Source: Anolis carolinensis
Lineage: Eukaryota
Assembly: GCF_035594765.1 (NCBI RefSeq)
Contig: NC_085846.1
Location: 12,759,190-12,823,189, forward strand
DNA length: 64,000 nt
Reading direction: 5' to 3'
Part shown: in pieces, positions 24,201 through 46,159 of the stretch
Numbering within the stretch: position 1 is the stretch's first letter
How the letters are laid out: each line of letters begins with the position of its first letter
The notes under the pieces: generated by a model
What the model saw: the letters and a program-made list of their open reading frames with translations, nothing else
Database searches by the model: none
Told to the model about the DNA's origin: nothing
Position numbers and translations under genes: made by a program

Positions 24201-27200
24201 GCCTTTCCTCAGCCTGATGTGCTCTAGATATGTTTGGGCTGCTACTATCATCACCCTCAGCCTACCCTGAGCTCTTAGAAATAAGGGTGTGATTATAACA
24301 TAAAATATACCATAATACCGTACTACAATGGGCCCTTGGTATCAGCTGAAGGTTGGCTCCAGGACTCTTCAATGGTTAACAAAATCCTTGGACGTTCCAA
24401 GTCCCATGATATAGAATTGCACAGTAAAATGGTGTCCCTTGTATATAAAGGGAAAATATTTTGGATTATTTTTTCTTTGGAGTATTTTCAAGCCATGAAC
24501 GGTTGAATTTGGGGGTAGACAATTCATGGATACAGAGGGCCAACTGTCTGTCATATTTTCCAACTGAGAACCAGAGAAATACAGTGGTTAGAGTGTGATA
24601 TAAGATAAGCACATAAAAAGCATAGATTTAAAATTGCCTCCAATCAGATTTCCAGTGAGCCCAGTTCAAGTTGAATGGGAAAATTTGGGTCAGTCATTCC
24701 TTCTCAGAGTAAGGGGGTGGGCAAGACCTCACTGTATAAAATCAAAAATGCAATAGATCTACTACATACAGAGACTGTATGGCCATCTGCTAGGAGTGCC
24801 TCAACTGTATTCTTGTACAGCTGGACTGGATAGCCTCATGGTTTCTTCTATCATTCATTCTCTGCCAAAGCATAGTCTTTCCTCATTCTGGGATTCTCTT
24901 GTGCATTGAGTGGTTCTGAAATTCACACTGAATTCTTTCAGAGATTGATGAAGACACCTGGGCCCACGCCCTGCTCCTCACCCAGTCCTGCCCAGCCAGA
25001 AAGACAGGTGCAGCCAGTACAGGATTGGCTTACAAGCTCAGTCTAGAGTGCTTGTGAGTGAAAAAAAAAACTCCCTCCACTGTTTCATAAGGTGAAACAG
25101 CCGTGCCTTGCATGAAATCCACCCACCATAGTCCAGTGATTTCACACCTACCAACTAGACATTAACCACTGGGTCATATCCCAGCACTAGATCAAGTTTC
25201 ATTTTATCAGGCACAGGAAACAAGTGGCAATCTCGCTCTTGGAAAAGAGGAAATAAAGCCTCATGTTCACTACTTTATGTCTTATGTTACATGACTGTAT
25301 CCCACTCTGATTTGATGCATCATCAGACCAAAACATAAAGGGCTATTTCACATGGAAACACATGACGGGTCTATCTGCCTCAGCACTCCTAATGGTTTTA
25401 ACTGAGGTCCTAATCCAAACACATTTGCAATTTTAGCACTGATATAGGAAAACACACCTAAGCTGATACAATCCACCATTTTTAATAATCTTTCAAAAAA
25501 AGAAAAGAAAACTGCTTTGACTTCTCTCAGGGCTATCTTTGGTCTCAGGGAGCAATGTATCTGCTCATTTTCTCTCACATGTCAATCAGTTTCAATGTCA
25601 GAGTTTGTGTGCCTTTCTATTTGTGCTGGCCAGCAATAAAAAGGACCAAGGAAGCACCATCCTCTTTTGGTGGCCTTGTCTCAGGAAGTGAGAATCAGAG
25701 GTTTTTATGACTCTGTTTGGTATGGAGGCCAAACAGAAGTTCATCTCCCTGTCTGCCTTTGTTTTCCATTAGCTGGCTTGAATAGTAATGACAGGTTTCA
25801 ACCTTCTCTCTTAACACAGGATTTTCATGTTTCCCTAGAGAACGAGCAGGTTTATCCCTGCAATATTCAGATCTGTTCTATCAGATATCCTAAACCAGGC
25901 CTCCAGATGTAGCACACAACTACTACCCTTCTCCGATATTGTTGGTAAGGGCTGGTGGCAGCTGCAGTCCAACCACATCTGGAGGGGAACACTTTTGGCT
26001 ACTGTGACCACCATCATTTACTACTGTTTTTTGACTTCACAGGTCCATCATTTCAGAAATACCACAGGATGACTATCTTTAATCCAAAATGCTTGGGACC
26101 AAAAGTATTTAGGATTTCATATTTTTTTAGTCCAGAATATGTGTATTTGCATATACAGTATATATGTAATGAGCTATCTCAGAAATGGGACTGAACTCTA
26201 AAAAGCAAAATTCATTTATGGTTCACATTTCTACACATCGTTTGAAAATAATTATAACCACAATATTTTAAATAATTTTGAGCATTAAACAAAAGTTTGT
26301 GTACACGGAACCATCAGAAAGCCAAGGTGTCACTCTCTCAGCCAGCCACATGGACAATTTTGGGTTTTTGGAGTTTTCCAGGATAAGAGGAGCTCAACAT
26401 GTCCTATATTAAAGGATATAGGCACCTCAAAAGTCTTCAGGTGCATCTATTACAATGCAGTATGATACCACTTTCTGCCATGGCTCAATGCTATGGAATT
26501 ATAGGAGTTGTAGTTTTACATGATCTTGAGCCTTCACTGCCAAAGAGTGCTACTGTCTCTTCAAACCACAACTCCCAAGATTCCATAGAATGGAGCTGCA
26601 GCAGTTAAAGTGATGTCACGTTGCATTAACTCTACACCTTTCATTTCCATTCTCCGATAGACTTGGCCATTACTCACTTTATCCTGTAGAGAAGGCCGGC
26701 ACAACCTGTGTTCCTCTGGGTGTTTTGGACCAACTCCCAGAATTCCTCATCATTGAACAAGCTAGCTAGTGCTTCTGAGGGCCCTTCCACACAGCTGAAT
26801 AAAATCCCACATTATCTGCTTTGAACTGGGATATATGGCAATGTGGACGCAGATATTCCAGTTCAAAGCAGATACTATAGGTTATTCTGCCTTGATGTTC
26901 TGCGTTATATAGCTGTGTGGAAGAGCCCCCAGTTCAAATAAGATTTTTTGGGGATTTTCTGCCTTGATATTCTGGGTTATATGGCTGTGTGGAAGGACCC
27001 TGGGAGTCTAAGTCCAAAAACCTGGAAGACTACAGATTGTGAAGACCTGCTAAAGACTGAACTCAGCCACAGAAGTGACTGGATCCATTTTTCTTCCTTG
27101 TGACACCACAAAGCTAAGGAATCCCAAAAGGCACCTCCTCCTACTCTATGGACTCAGACTCCAGACTATGTGGCAACACTGTGTCTCCAGAGATCAAAAC

Positions 27201-27610
27201 AGCTTCCTCACCTCAAGTGCCTCAAGGCTGACAAAGCTGGCAATGGCAAAGCCATCAATGAGATCTTCCTCCTCTTCTTCCTCCTCCTCCTCCTCACGGC
27301 TGCAGGACGATCCAGAGGCCTTCTTCCGCCGGAGGGGCCGGCGCCGACGGCGTTGTTGCTGTTGCTGAATGGGGCGGCCTTTGCCAGGGGCCACAGGGGC
27401 AGGTGGGGAGGGCCCTTCACTGTCCGATCCCGAAGACGAGGATGACAAGATGCCCCGATGGGAAGCATCTCCGGCCCGGCCTCCCCGGCGGCGAGTGCAG
27501 CGGCTCTCACGGTCCCGCCGTGAGCAACGCCGTTGCCTTCGGGCCCGGCTACTGCTGCCTCCCCCTCCGCTCCAACACGGGACCGGCGCTGCAGCAGCAG
27601 TTCCTTCCAT
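9226..27610 (-). CDS. FBRS: Fibrosin (AUTS2/FBRSL1 family, PRC1.3/1.5-associated), 18 coding exons, about 1034 aa
   Basis: Exons with GT-AG sites and consistent phases: 27212-27610, 22330-22515, 21109-21144, 19578-19607, 19140-19188, 17723-18131, 16595-16833, 15343-15542, 15141-15185, 14876-14971, 13538-13606, 13419-13448, 13128-13199, 12665-12797, 11517-11600, 11344-11427, 10450-10669, 9226-9949 (3105 nt). Diagnostic peptides: [100 protein letters not shown]. Start context GGCATCATGG. Confidence 0.95.
11678..11750 (+). mobile_element. Short CR1 3' end
   Basis: tgcaatttcctgcttcttggcagggggttggactggatggcccatgagg matches the CR1 end at about 61495-61575. Confidence 0.65.
13995..14500. mobile_element. 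Tc2/pogo-like MITE
   Basis: TIRs CTGTATTTCACCGATTCTAA / TTAGATTCGGTGAAATACAG. Confidence 0.7.
20154..20876. mobile_element. hAT-Charlie-like non-autonomous element
   Basis: TIR CAGGGGTCC...GGACCCCTG and a perfect 8-bp TSD gtctagca (20146-20153 and 20877-20884). Confidence 0.9.
23165..23285. mobile_element. Short palindromic hAT MITE (other copies 23605-23723, 45100-45225, 60737-60870)
   Basis: CAGTGGTTCTCAACC...GGTTGAGAACCACTG termini and a self-complementary body. Confidence 0.7.
23840..24167 (+). mobile_element. L2-type LINE/SINE 3' end with (TTA)n tail (similar tails near 37745, 47830-48118, 61992)
   Basis: gtaagccgccccgagtccctccggggagatggggcgggatataagaataaa followed by (tta)n. Confidence 0.55.
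26778..27000. mobile_element. Palindromic MITE with GGGCCCTTCCACACAG termini, possibly PIF/Harbinger-like (relative at 60895-61015)
   Basis: Terminal inverted repeats and internally repeated halves. Confidence 0.55.
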
Positions 27611-28379
27611 GATGCCCCCCTTGAGGTACAGAGAACGGGTCGTGTTGTGTCTAGTGGTTGTTGCAGACACGCAAGAGAAGGGGGGTGCGGCCTTCACCCC
27701 TCCCCAGCCAGTTGCATCGCAGCTGCTCTCAACCAGTTCCTTGCTCTTCTGCGACTGAGAGAGAAGCGCCAGAATCTAGAAAATGGCTCTCCTTTTTGAG
27801 AAAAATAAATAAATAAAAAGTGTTCTGTTTCCTGGCCTCAACCTCTCCTTCAATTTGATTCAAATTTAACTCCCAACTGGCAGGAGAGTCTGGCTGAGTT
27901 GATAAATGTCAGAAACCTCTCCTTAATTGAGATTTAGAGAGCCCTCTCAGTGGCAGGAAGGTCCTCTTTGCTGCTGGAAAGTCCCCTTTTGTTTAGATTT
28001 CACTCCCAACTGACAAGAGATTCTGGTTTAGTTGACAAATGTCAAAAACCTTTCCTTAATTTAGATTTCTGTGGCAGGATGGTCCTCTTTGCTGTGGGAA
28101 TGTCCCCTTTTGTTCAAGTTTAACAAGGGATTCCTGTTATGTTGTATTTACGTCTCCTTCTTCACAGGGGGATCGTTAAGAAATTAAATACTTTCAAAGC
28201 AAAACTGAAGAAAGAAGAAGACTGCGATCCAGGATTATTTCAACCCGGAGAGACAAGGCAGTGCTCTTGGCGCTTCTTCCTTGGGCCCAGGAGACAAATC
28301 TGTCAGTCCATTAAAGGCATCTAAGCCTCCTCAAGCAACGAGTCTGGGCTGAGACTGACAGCCTTGCCTTGCAGCTTCC

Positions 28380-29780
28380 GATTTAAGTGCCGTCAGGGAA
28401 AACAAAATGTCCTCAGATGTCTGCTTGCAAGAGCGAGGCCTCCCCGATCATGGCAGGCCGGGAGGAAGTGCTTGCTTGCAAGAGCGAGGCCTCCCCTTTA
28501 AGACTGCAGAGGCGACTCCTGCCAACAATGGCCAATGGCTTCCGCTCGGAGGGCAGCCCCTTCCTCCCCTCGGGTGACGGGCAACGCCGTGGTCCCAGCG
28601 CCTTCCTCCGCCTCGCAGTCTTAGGGGCGAGAGGGCCCTCCGAGATCCCCTGCTGCAGGGCGTGACCTTGCCTTTTTCAGATCCCAGCTCCGAGAACCTC
28701 CTTCTCCTCTCCTCCTTCCATCCCCTTTAAAGGGCCTCCCATTTAAAGTCCGCCACACATTTCCTGCCAAGGTGCATGTCCTCCCCTTTAAGTGGCCGGA
28801 ACCCTTCCTTTTTTCCTTCCCCTCCCTTTAAAGGCCTCTCTCATTAAGAATCCGCAGTTGCCACAAAAAGCCCTCCGAACATTTCTTCTCTCACCTCCCC
28901 CCTCCTCCTCGCCGCCGTCGCCACAATGAAGGCCTGAGGAGAACTTCCCTTTAAGAGGGCCGAGCTCTCTTTAAAGCCATTGACAGGCGCTGGAGGGGTG
29001 GTTGTTGTTGTTGTTGTCCTCCGGCGGAAAAGGCCCCCCTACTGCCCCACTTCTCGCAGCCTTAAACCCCCTCAAGGTGTACCTTTAAGAGCGCCGGCGG
29101 TTGAGGGTGGTTTCGACTCACCCCCTCCCTCGGTACTTTTTTTTCTCCTGTCTCCGTCCTTCAAGAGAAGCTCGGGCGCTGATTGGTCGAGAAGCTGGTG
29201 CCCCTCCGCTCTGCTCGAGGCCCCCCCAGCTGATTGGCTGGAGGCGAAAACGGGTGGGGGAGGCAGATCAATGCGCGCTCCCCCCTCCGCGCGTCTTGGT
29301 CTCGTCCTCCCTGGCGGCCCCCCCTCCCTCCCTTGCCTTTGGTCCTGGCCTCCGACTCCCCTTCTCTCCCTCCCTCCCTCTCTCTCTCAATCTCTCTGTC
29401 TCTGCCGGATCTCCTTTCCACTCTGCGCACGGCACGCAACTCCGCCCACAACGTCAGATCCCTCCGCCTATCGCAGCAAATCCAGGGTAGGAAGCTACTC
29501 GCTATACCCTTCCGCCGGAAGAGGAAGGGGCGATGAGAAAAATAGTCCCTCCCCGTCTCGCTCTTCTTTCTTTTTTGTCATTTCCGTCCTGCGTGTGCTG
29601 ACGCCATGGAGGCAGTGATGTCATTTTCCCCTCCTCAGTCTTGGTGATGTCATGACGCAGGGAGGGACGCAACAAAAGGGCCTTCGTTCTCCCAACAAAG
29701 GAGCCCCTGACGTCACAGCAGTGTCATGGAGACGTCACAGTGGAGCTGTCAGTCACTCCCAGTGCGGCTGAAGGCTGTTC
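28380..29780 (-). promoter_or_regulatory. FBRS CpG-island promoter and long 5' leader
   Basis: CpG-rich. CCAAT boxes (gattgg at about 29181 and 29232), a full CRE TGACGTCA at 29708-29715, and a CTTTAAR cluster. Confidence 0.7.
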
Positions 29781-30104
29781 CTCAGGCACAGGCCTGTGTC
29801 CTTGGCAGAGGGAACTATACATCCCCTTCCTTTTGTTTGAGAGTGAATCTATACCAGACTATTAATCCACTTTGATGCTGCTTTAACTGCCATGGAATTC
29901 TGGGGTTTTTAGTTTCACAAGGTCTCTTGCCTTCTCTGCCCAAGAGTGCCTCCCCAAACTACAAGTCCCAGGTTTCCACAGCATTGGTTAAAGTGGTATC
30001 AAACTGCATTCGTTCTAGTCTAGAACAGGCCTGGGCCAACTTTGGCCCTCCGGGTGTTTTGGTCTTCAGCTCCCATAATTCCTAACAGCCAGTTCCCCCT
30101 GGAG

Positions 30105-30520
30105 CAGTGATGGGCAACCTTTTGAGCTTGGTTTGTCAAAATTCAACAAAAAACCGAGCATAACTTGGGTGGTGTGTCACTTTGAGAAAAAAACCTTAAT
30201 TTTGCGATATTCACAGTTTAAATAACAGAAATGTATAATTGTAATATACATGCTGAGCTATGCTCAGACTTGCAGATGTTAAATTTGTAGAGCCGTTTAC
30301 AAATTTACGGATGGAATTAGATTGGCTCTTATAAAGGTGTAGCTGCCTGGAAATGTATTCCTTCCTTTCATCATCTTCACTTTTTTTCAAGAGCTGGGAA
30401 TGACTAGTTTCAAAATGTCTATTTAGATTCCACGTTCTGCTTACTACCGTTGGATCTGCCATTTTTTCTATGCCATACATCTCGGTCCATGTCTCTTGAA
30501 AGGGTCAGCTACTGCTACTA
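30105..30520 (-). mobile_element. Internally deleted hAT-Charlie element with a transposase N-terminal remnant
   Basis: TIR CAGTGATGGGCAACC at 30105. Minus-strand peptide QETWTEMYG...VVSRTWNLNRHFETSH...ASLSIAQH resembles GTF2IRD2/EPM2AIP1-like hAT transposases. Confidence 0.6.
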
Positions 30521-30539
30521 CCACTTCCTTTTACTTATG

Positions 30540-30883
30540 AAGTAGAGTCTCACTTATCCAACATAAACGGGCCGGTAGAATGTTGGATAAGTAAACATGT
30601 TGGATAATAAGGAAGGGTTAAGGAAATGCCTATTAAACATCAAATTACATTATGATTTTACAAATTAAGCACCAAAACGTCATGTTTGACAACAAATTTG
30701 ACAGAAAAGCAGTACAATACACAGCAATGTTATGTGGAAATTACTGTATTTACGAATTTAGCACCAAAACGTCACAATGTATTGAAATGATTGACTACAA
30801 AAACATTGACTAATAAAAGGCAGGCTGCGTTGGATAATCCAGAATGCTGGATAAGCGAATGTTGAATAAGTGAGACTTTACTG
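30540..30883. mobile_element. Tc1/mariner MITE, family A
   Basis: Same TIR and body as 615-916. Confidence 0.85.
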
Positions 30884-31018
30884 TACTAGAATTATAGCCT
30901 GTTAGCCCTGCAGGCAATTAGGGGTTAACTAGCCTAGCTGACCACAAAATGGCACATGTAACTGTCTTTTAGGAAAGGGCAGGATTAATAAGCAGAAATA
31001 GGGGTTAATAAGAATGCA

Positions 31019-31313
31019 TGGAGCCCCGGTGGCAAAGTGTGTTAAAGCACTGAGCTGGAGACCTGGGAGCGGCGTGAGTGGCCACTGTTAGCTCCAGCTT
31101 CTGCCAACCTAGCAGTTCGAAACATGCCAATGTGAGTAGATCAATAGGTACCGCTCCGGCGGGAAGGTAACGGCGCTCCATGCAGTCATGCCGGCCACAT
31201 GACCTTGGAGGTGTCTACGGACAACGCTGGCTCTTCGACTTAGAAATGGAGATGAGCACCAACCCCCAGAGTCAGACATGACTGGACTTAACGTCAGGGG
31301 GAAAGCTTTACCT
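31019..31313 (+). mobile_element. Sauria SINE
   Basis: tRNA-like head ggagccccggtggc, body gtgagtagatcaataggtaccgct...ggacaacgctggctcttcg, acctt tail, and 10-bp TSD taagaatgca. Confidence 0.9.
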
Positions 31314-32150
31314 TAAGAATGCACAACAGTAAGAGTGGTGAAATGGAGTCTGCACTATGCTGCAAGATGGCATTCCTTATGTAAATTAAGATGACTGCTG
31401 CTATTTCTAATGGTGGGAAACAGCACCCATAGCAGAGGCCCTCGTCGCTCCCAGCCACCCCCTCACTTATCTCAGTAATGATGGTGAATTAGAAATCCAT
31501 GACACCCCAGAACAGTAGATTGCATGATGTTTGCTGTGGTTATGTGGTTGCTAGTAATGGCGATCACAGGGCCCCAGAAATGTGTCCCCCACGCCATTCC
31601 GCTGCTCCCTGCTCTGCCGGCTGGAAGTAAGGTCAAAGATCCCCTAAAGGCCTAACCGGACGTCTCAGAACTAGACACTCTGTGCTAGAGTTCTGTTGTT
31701 TTGGCCTACAGACCTCTGGCACACACTACACTACAGCAAATGTTTCATCCTCGGCTACAGCACTGATCATGCAAGAGCTGAAGATGAAATGTTCTTCTCG
31801 GTATGCAGCCCCATACTTCTTGGACATTAATGACCAACATACTGGAACAGATGCCATAGACCACAGGGTGCACTCCACCCCCCCCCCTTTTTTTTCTTTC
31901 ATCATCTATTTAGACAGTCTATACACAAAAGCTGAGCACCTGCAGTTGGCTGCAATGATTATCCCAAAGTATCCCCATCACCCAGCATAGCATGTACTGC
32001 ACCTCAGAGGCATTCTAAGCTAAGAGGAAAATAAGACATTTCAGCCATGTTGCTACCCATCCCATCATGCGTTTGAGAGTGGAAAAGGTCCCCACACAGA
32101 GAACAGATAAGCAAACCCCCAAAGTTTGTTTCCCCCCCCAAGCTGTAACG

Positions 32151-32156
32151 TTTATT
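32151..32156 (-). terminator. Candidate PRR14 polyadenylation signal (AATAAA)
   Basis: Canonical hexamer about 900 nt after the stop codon with downstream GT/T-rich sequence. Confidence 0.55.
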
Positions 32157-33059
32157 AGAAATATAGCTTAATACAAAAATGCAAACAAATGAACACCCTT
32201 CATGCTTAACTGAACAGTCCAAACAAAGTGATCAAAGCAAAGTGATCAAAGCCTGATGGACTTCAATCTATTCAATTTATGGACTGCCCATGTTTTAACA
32301 ATGAGTAAGGACACAGGCCCTTTTTCCTGGCCTCTTTATACACCTTCTGGGGTGTAAAACATTATTCTTTTGAATTATAACTCCTAGAATTGCCGCCATG
32401 AAGGCTGGAGGATTCTAGGAGCTGTACTCCAAAGAGGTAATGTTTTCAAGCTCTGGTTTTACTCTGCACATCATCTGCTCCGTAAAATAAGCACACAGTT
32501 GCTTCCTTTTCAGCAGACCATTTGCTATTTAGTCCATTTCTTTGGGCTTCTACTTTCTGCATTTGGTTTTTTGTTTTTTGGCGGAAAGCACAGAGACATG
32601 TTTCTCATGGAGTTGAGCTCATCCTTTGATGGTCCAAGTCTCTAAAGGATGGAACTATATCAGACAGCATTAGATCAATACTCCATGCAAGGCACCAATG
32701 GTCAGGTTGTGCGCAAGTAGCGGAATGCAGAGAACAGGTGACTTTTGGACACTGCAAATATTGCTCACTTTGGGTGATATGATGCCAGCACAGGCAGCAT
32801 GGTGATTGTCCGTGGTATTTTCAGAGCAACCACCTCCATGGAGTGTTACGGCTACCTAGATAGAGGACAAAGTGGCAGCCACAAGCACCAGAGATCAATT
32901 TGTCTGGGAAAGTTGAGAATGAAGGAGGCCACAGGAGAAGCCTGGAGTGGTTAAATGGTGGGTTGGTGGTTTGAGATGCAAACAACCCCTCTGGGATGAG
33001 GGAGGGAGAAGAGCTTCCAGGAATATAACCCCCTTCCTCTACTTAGAGAATGGCTCTGC

Positions 33060-42589
<9,530 letters not shown>

Positions 42590-42743
42590 GGCAGATCTCA
42601 ATCCTCCTCAGGATTGGAAATTTGGTGGCCGCCCTGGTATGGTCCACCAAATTCTCATTCCTCACGTTTCTGCATCGGGGAAGGAAGATACATTGGTTTA
42701 GTTGCAGACATTTGTATCATTAGCAGTTCCTTCTTCACAAATA

Positions 42744-43450
42744 TAAGTTGAACGTCCCTTTTCCAAAATGTTTGGGAACAAAAGTGTTTGGGATTTTGAT
42801 TTCCTTTGGATTTTGGAAAACCTGCATTTTCTCTCATACATATATACACACACACACTTTAAATATTCTTTAAATAAACATATACTGGTAGTTCCCGAGT
42901 TCCAGACATCCGGTTTACATACGACTCATAGTTAAGAACATGGGTGAGACAACAGGAAGTTAAGAGAAATCTAAACCTCAGAAGGGAAATTCACTTCTAG
43001 AGGTGTTATAAATGGAAACAAGTGTCTCCAATGAAGCTGTATCGCCAATCTTTGTTCCTACTAAAAGCCATTTTTTAAAAATTTTAATTATCACAGAAAC
43101 AGAAATCTGAGGAGGGGCATAGACAGCAAAACAAACATCACAAGGGTGTTACCCCTTCCCTATGCTATTCAAAGATAGATATAGATAGTTATGGCTGGAG
43201 ATACATTTAAAAATGTCCATATTCCAGCTTACATATAAATTCAACTTAAGAACAAACCTACAGAACATATATTGACTGTAACTTGGGGACTGCCTGTAAT
43301 GATATATCTTGGAGACAAGATCCCAATCTAACCACAGCATTCATCAGTGTTTCATACACACACAGCATGAATGTAATGTTATACAATATTTTTAATAATG
43401 TTAGCCATGAAAGTAAGTCTGTGTACACTGAAATATCAAAAAGCAAAGAG
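42744..43450. mobile_element. Nested Tigger-like elements (relatives at 5340-5617, 24327-24547, 26070-26400)
   Basis: An element ending gtaacttggggactgcctgta (about 42885-43297) lies inside a second Tigger-like element that matches 26070-26400. Confidence 0.55.
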
Positions 43451-45466
43451 TATGTACAGTACTACTAATGAAACTATGAAAAATACCATTAAGGCAGAAG
43501 CAGTGGCGGGTGACTGGTGCGAGATGAAAGAAACAAAGACAACAAAAGCTAGTGAGTCATGCCAAGCAGAAGTAAGTACACACAAACAGGATGGGCAGAA
43601 AGTAGGTGTCAAAGCCATGTCATCCTAGGGATTCTCAGCCCACACTTTCTCTAACAAGGCTCACCCTAAACAGCTTGGGAACAAATCCCATTCCTCGGTC
43701 TTGAATTCTTCTACATGTGATATCTCCCTTTGATATAGATGCCATTCCTCCCAACCTGTTGCTTGATAACGCTCAATTTGCATTTTATGCCCATCAGCAT
43801 CTCTGCCAGAACATGGCTAAAACTCCAGCTTGGGGAAAAAAATCAACACTGTAAAATTAATGCAGTTTGACACTTTAACTGCCATGGTTTTTGATATGGA
43901 ATCATGGGAGTTGTAGTTGTACAAGGTCTTCATTCTTTGCTGCCAAAAATTGTTAATGTCTCAGCAAACTACCATTAACTCCATAGTATCGAGCCACGGC
44001 AGTGAAAGGGTAGCAAAGCACATTAGTTCTACAGTGTAGATGCATTTCTGGTTCAGTTTAGTACCAAAAGGCGACTTCTAATAGATTCTTAGTCAAGGGA
44101 AAAGAGTTATTATAAACCACGGCTACACCCAACCCAAAGATCTGTCCCTGATTCTTCTGTTTCCAATGACTTTAGCGATGTTCTGGACATGACAAAGAGA
44201 AAAGATTCCCGTGTGGATGGAAAATTACAGCAAATGAGTCTTGTTCTCACATCTCTTCCTTTCTGATGATGCTTCACAGCTTAGGAGCGTACACACCACG
44301 CCCTTTCGTGGGATGGCTCATCCTCATCATGCCCCAAAATGTACCCACATCAAGTTGTCATCATGTTCCTTCAAGTTCTGTCTGACTTATTCCCATCTCT
44401 TATGCTCCCTTAGATAACCCATCTAGCCTCTTCCACACAATGTTATAGCGATCACTGAGCCAACACCTCACTTCTGCCTGTTGCCCCTTCTTGGGCAGTA
44501 TAATTGATGTGACTTGGCACCACTTCGGCTGCCCTGGCTGAATGCTATAAGAAGCCAGGGGTTTGTAGTTTGGTGAGGCACCAACCCTTTTTGGAAGAGA
44601 AGGCTAAAGACCTTGCAAAATTACAACTCAGAGGATTCCGTAGCATGAAGCCATATCAATTCAGGTACTGTCAAACTGCATGAATTATAAAGCGTCAATT
44701 GGTGATCCCCAAACTTTTGTCCTTTATTGGATTGGGACTACAGTTCCTAGAAGCTTCAGCCAACTTGTTCAATAATCAGAAATTTTGGAAGAGGAAATCC
44801 CAAACTCCTGGGGAGCAAAAGTTTGGAAACCACTGATAACTGTACCCCCAATCTCTCCCTAACTGTCCAGCAACCTGATTTGGAGAAGGAATATGGGTTG
44901 GAAAGACTAATCCAGTGCAAAAAAATGACTTGAGTTGAAAATTGCCACTGGGTTGTTTTCCCATTAAATTTTCACAGCAAATTAGAAGCAAAAGGCACTC
45001 AAACAAGAAGCAAATAAAATAACCAAATGTCATAATAATCCTATAATCTCCCTAGCCCCGTTAACACCCCTATCCCTGCCATCAAAGGGTGCATCTACAT
45101 CAGTAGTTCTCAACCTGTGGGTTCCCAGGAGTTTTGGCCTTCAACTCCCAGAAATTCTAACAGCTGGTAAACTGGCTGGGATTTTGTTGGCCAAAAACCT
45201 GGGAATCAACAAGTTGAAAACCATTGCTTCACATTGTAGATTCAATGTGGTTTGTTTGGTACCACTTTACTGCCCTGGCACAATGCTATGGAAATCCAGC
45301 ATGCTTTGACAGAGATGGTTAAGGACCTTGTAAAACTACAACTCCCATTATTCCATAGCATTGAGCCATGGCAATTAAGGCATTGTAAAACATTCTTAAT
45401 TCAGTGGAGATGCACTTTCTGTTAGCCACTTCTGAGTCTCCTAATAATAATAACAATAATAATAAT

Positions 45467-45839
45467 ATCACAGTTGTGGAAAAGAAAAAGGTTTGGATCA
45501 TTGATGTCGCCATCCCAGGTGACAGTCGTATTGACGAAAAACAACAGGAAAAACTCAGCCGCTATCAGGACCTCAAGATTGAACTTCAAAGACTCTGGCA
45601 GAAACCAGTGCAGGTGGTCCCGGTGGTGATCGGCACACTGGGTGCCATGCCAAAGGATCTCAGCCGGCATTTGGAAACAATAGTCATTGACAAAATTACG
45701 ATCTGCCAACTGCAAAAGGCTACCCTGCTGGGATCTGCGCGCATCATCCGAAAATACATCACACAGTTCTAGACACTTGGGAAGTGTTCAACTTGTGATT
45801 TTGTGATATGAAATCCAGCATATCTATCTTGTTTGCTGT

Positions 45840-45840
<1 letters not shown>
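45467..45840 (+). mobile_element. Dong/R4-clade (restriction-like endonuclease) retrotransposon 3' fragment
   Basis: Peptide IIDVAIPGD...EKLSRYQDL...VVPVVIGTLG...QKATLLGSARI. Flanked by (TAA)n on both sides. Confidence 0.85.
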
Positions 45841-45886
<46 letters not shown>

Positions 45887-46159
45887 TCTATAACAAAAAA
45901 GCATTCAATTAGGTCAGACCAAGGCATGGGCAAACTTAGGCCCGCAAGGTTTTTTAATTCCAACTCCCACAATTCCTAACAGCCTGTTAGGAATTGAGGG
46001 AGTTGAAGTCCAAAACACCTGGAGGGCCCAGGTTTGCCAATGCCTGGGTTAGAGTGAGGCTAGAATCCCAACAGTTAGTTCTAATTAAAGTAGACCCATG
46101 AAGTCACAAAGTCCTCCCAGGAGATAGGGCGGGTTACAAATAAAGCATTGTTATTATTA

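Noticed and set aside
27611-27697. Upstream in-frame extension of FBRS in the ORF track
   Set aside because: It begins at a non-ATG codon. The ATG at 27610 has good context and matches the ME..AAAAP start of the family.
28980-29618. 212-aa plus-strand ORF at the FBRS promoter
   Set aside because: Non-ATG start, simple-repeat content and CpG-island composition.
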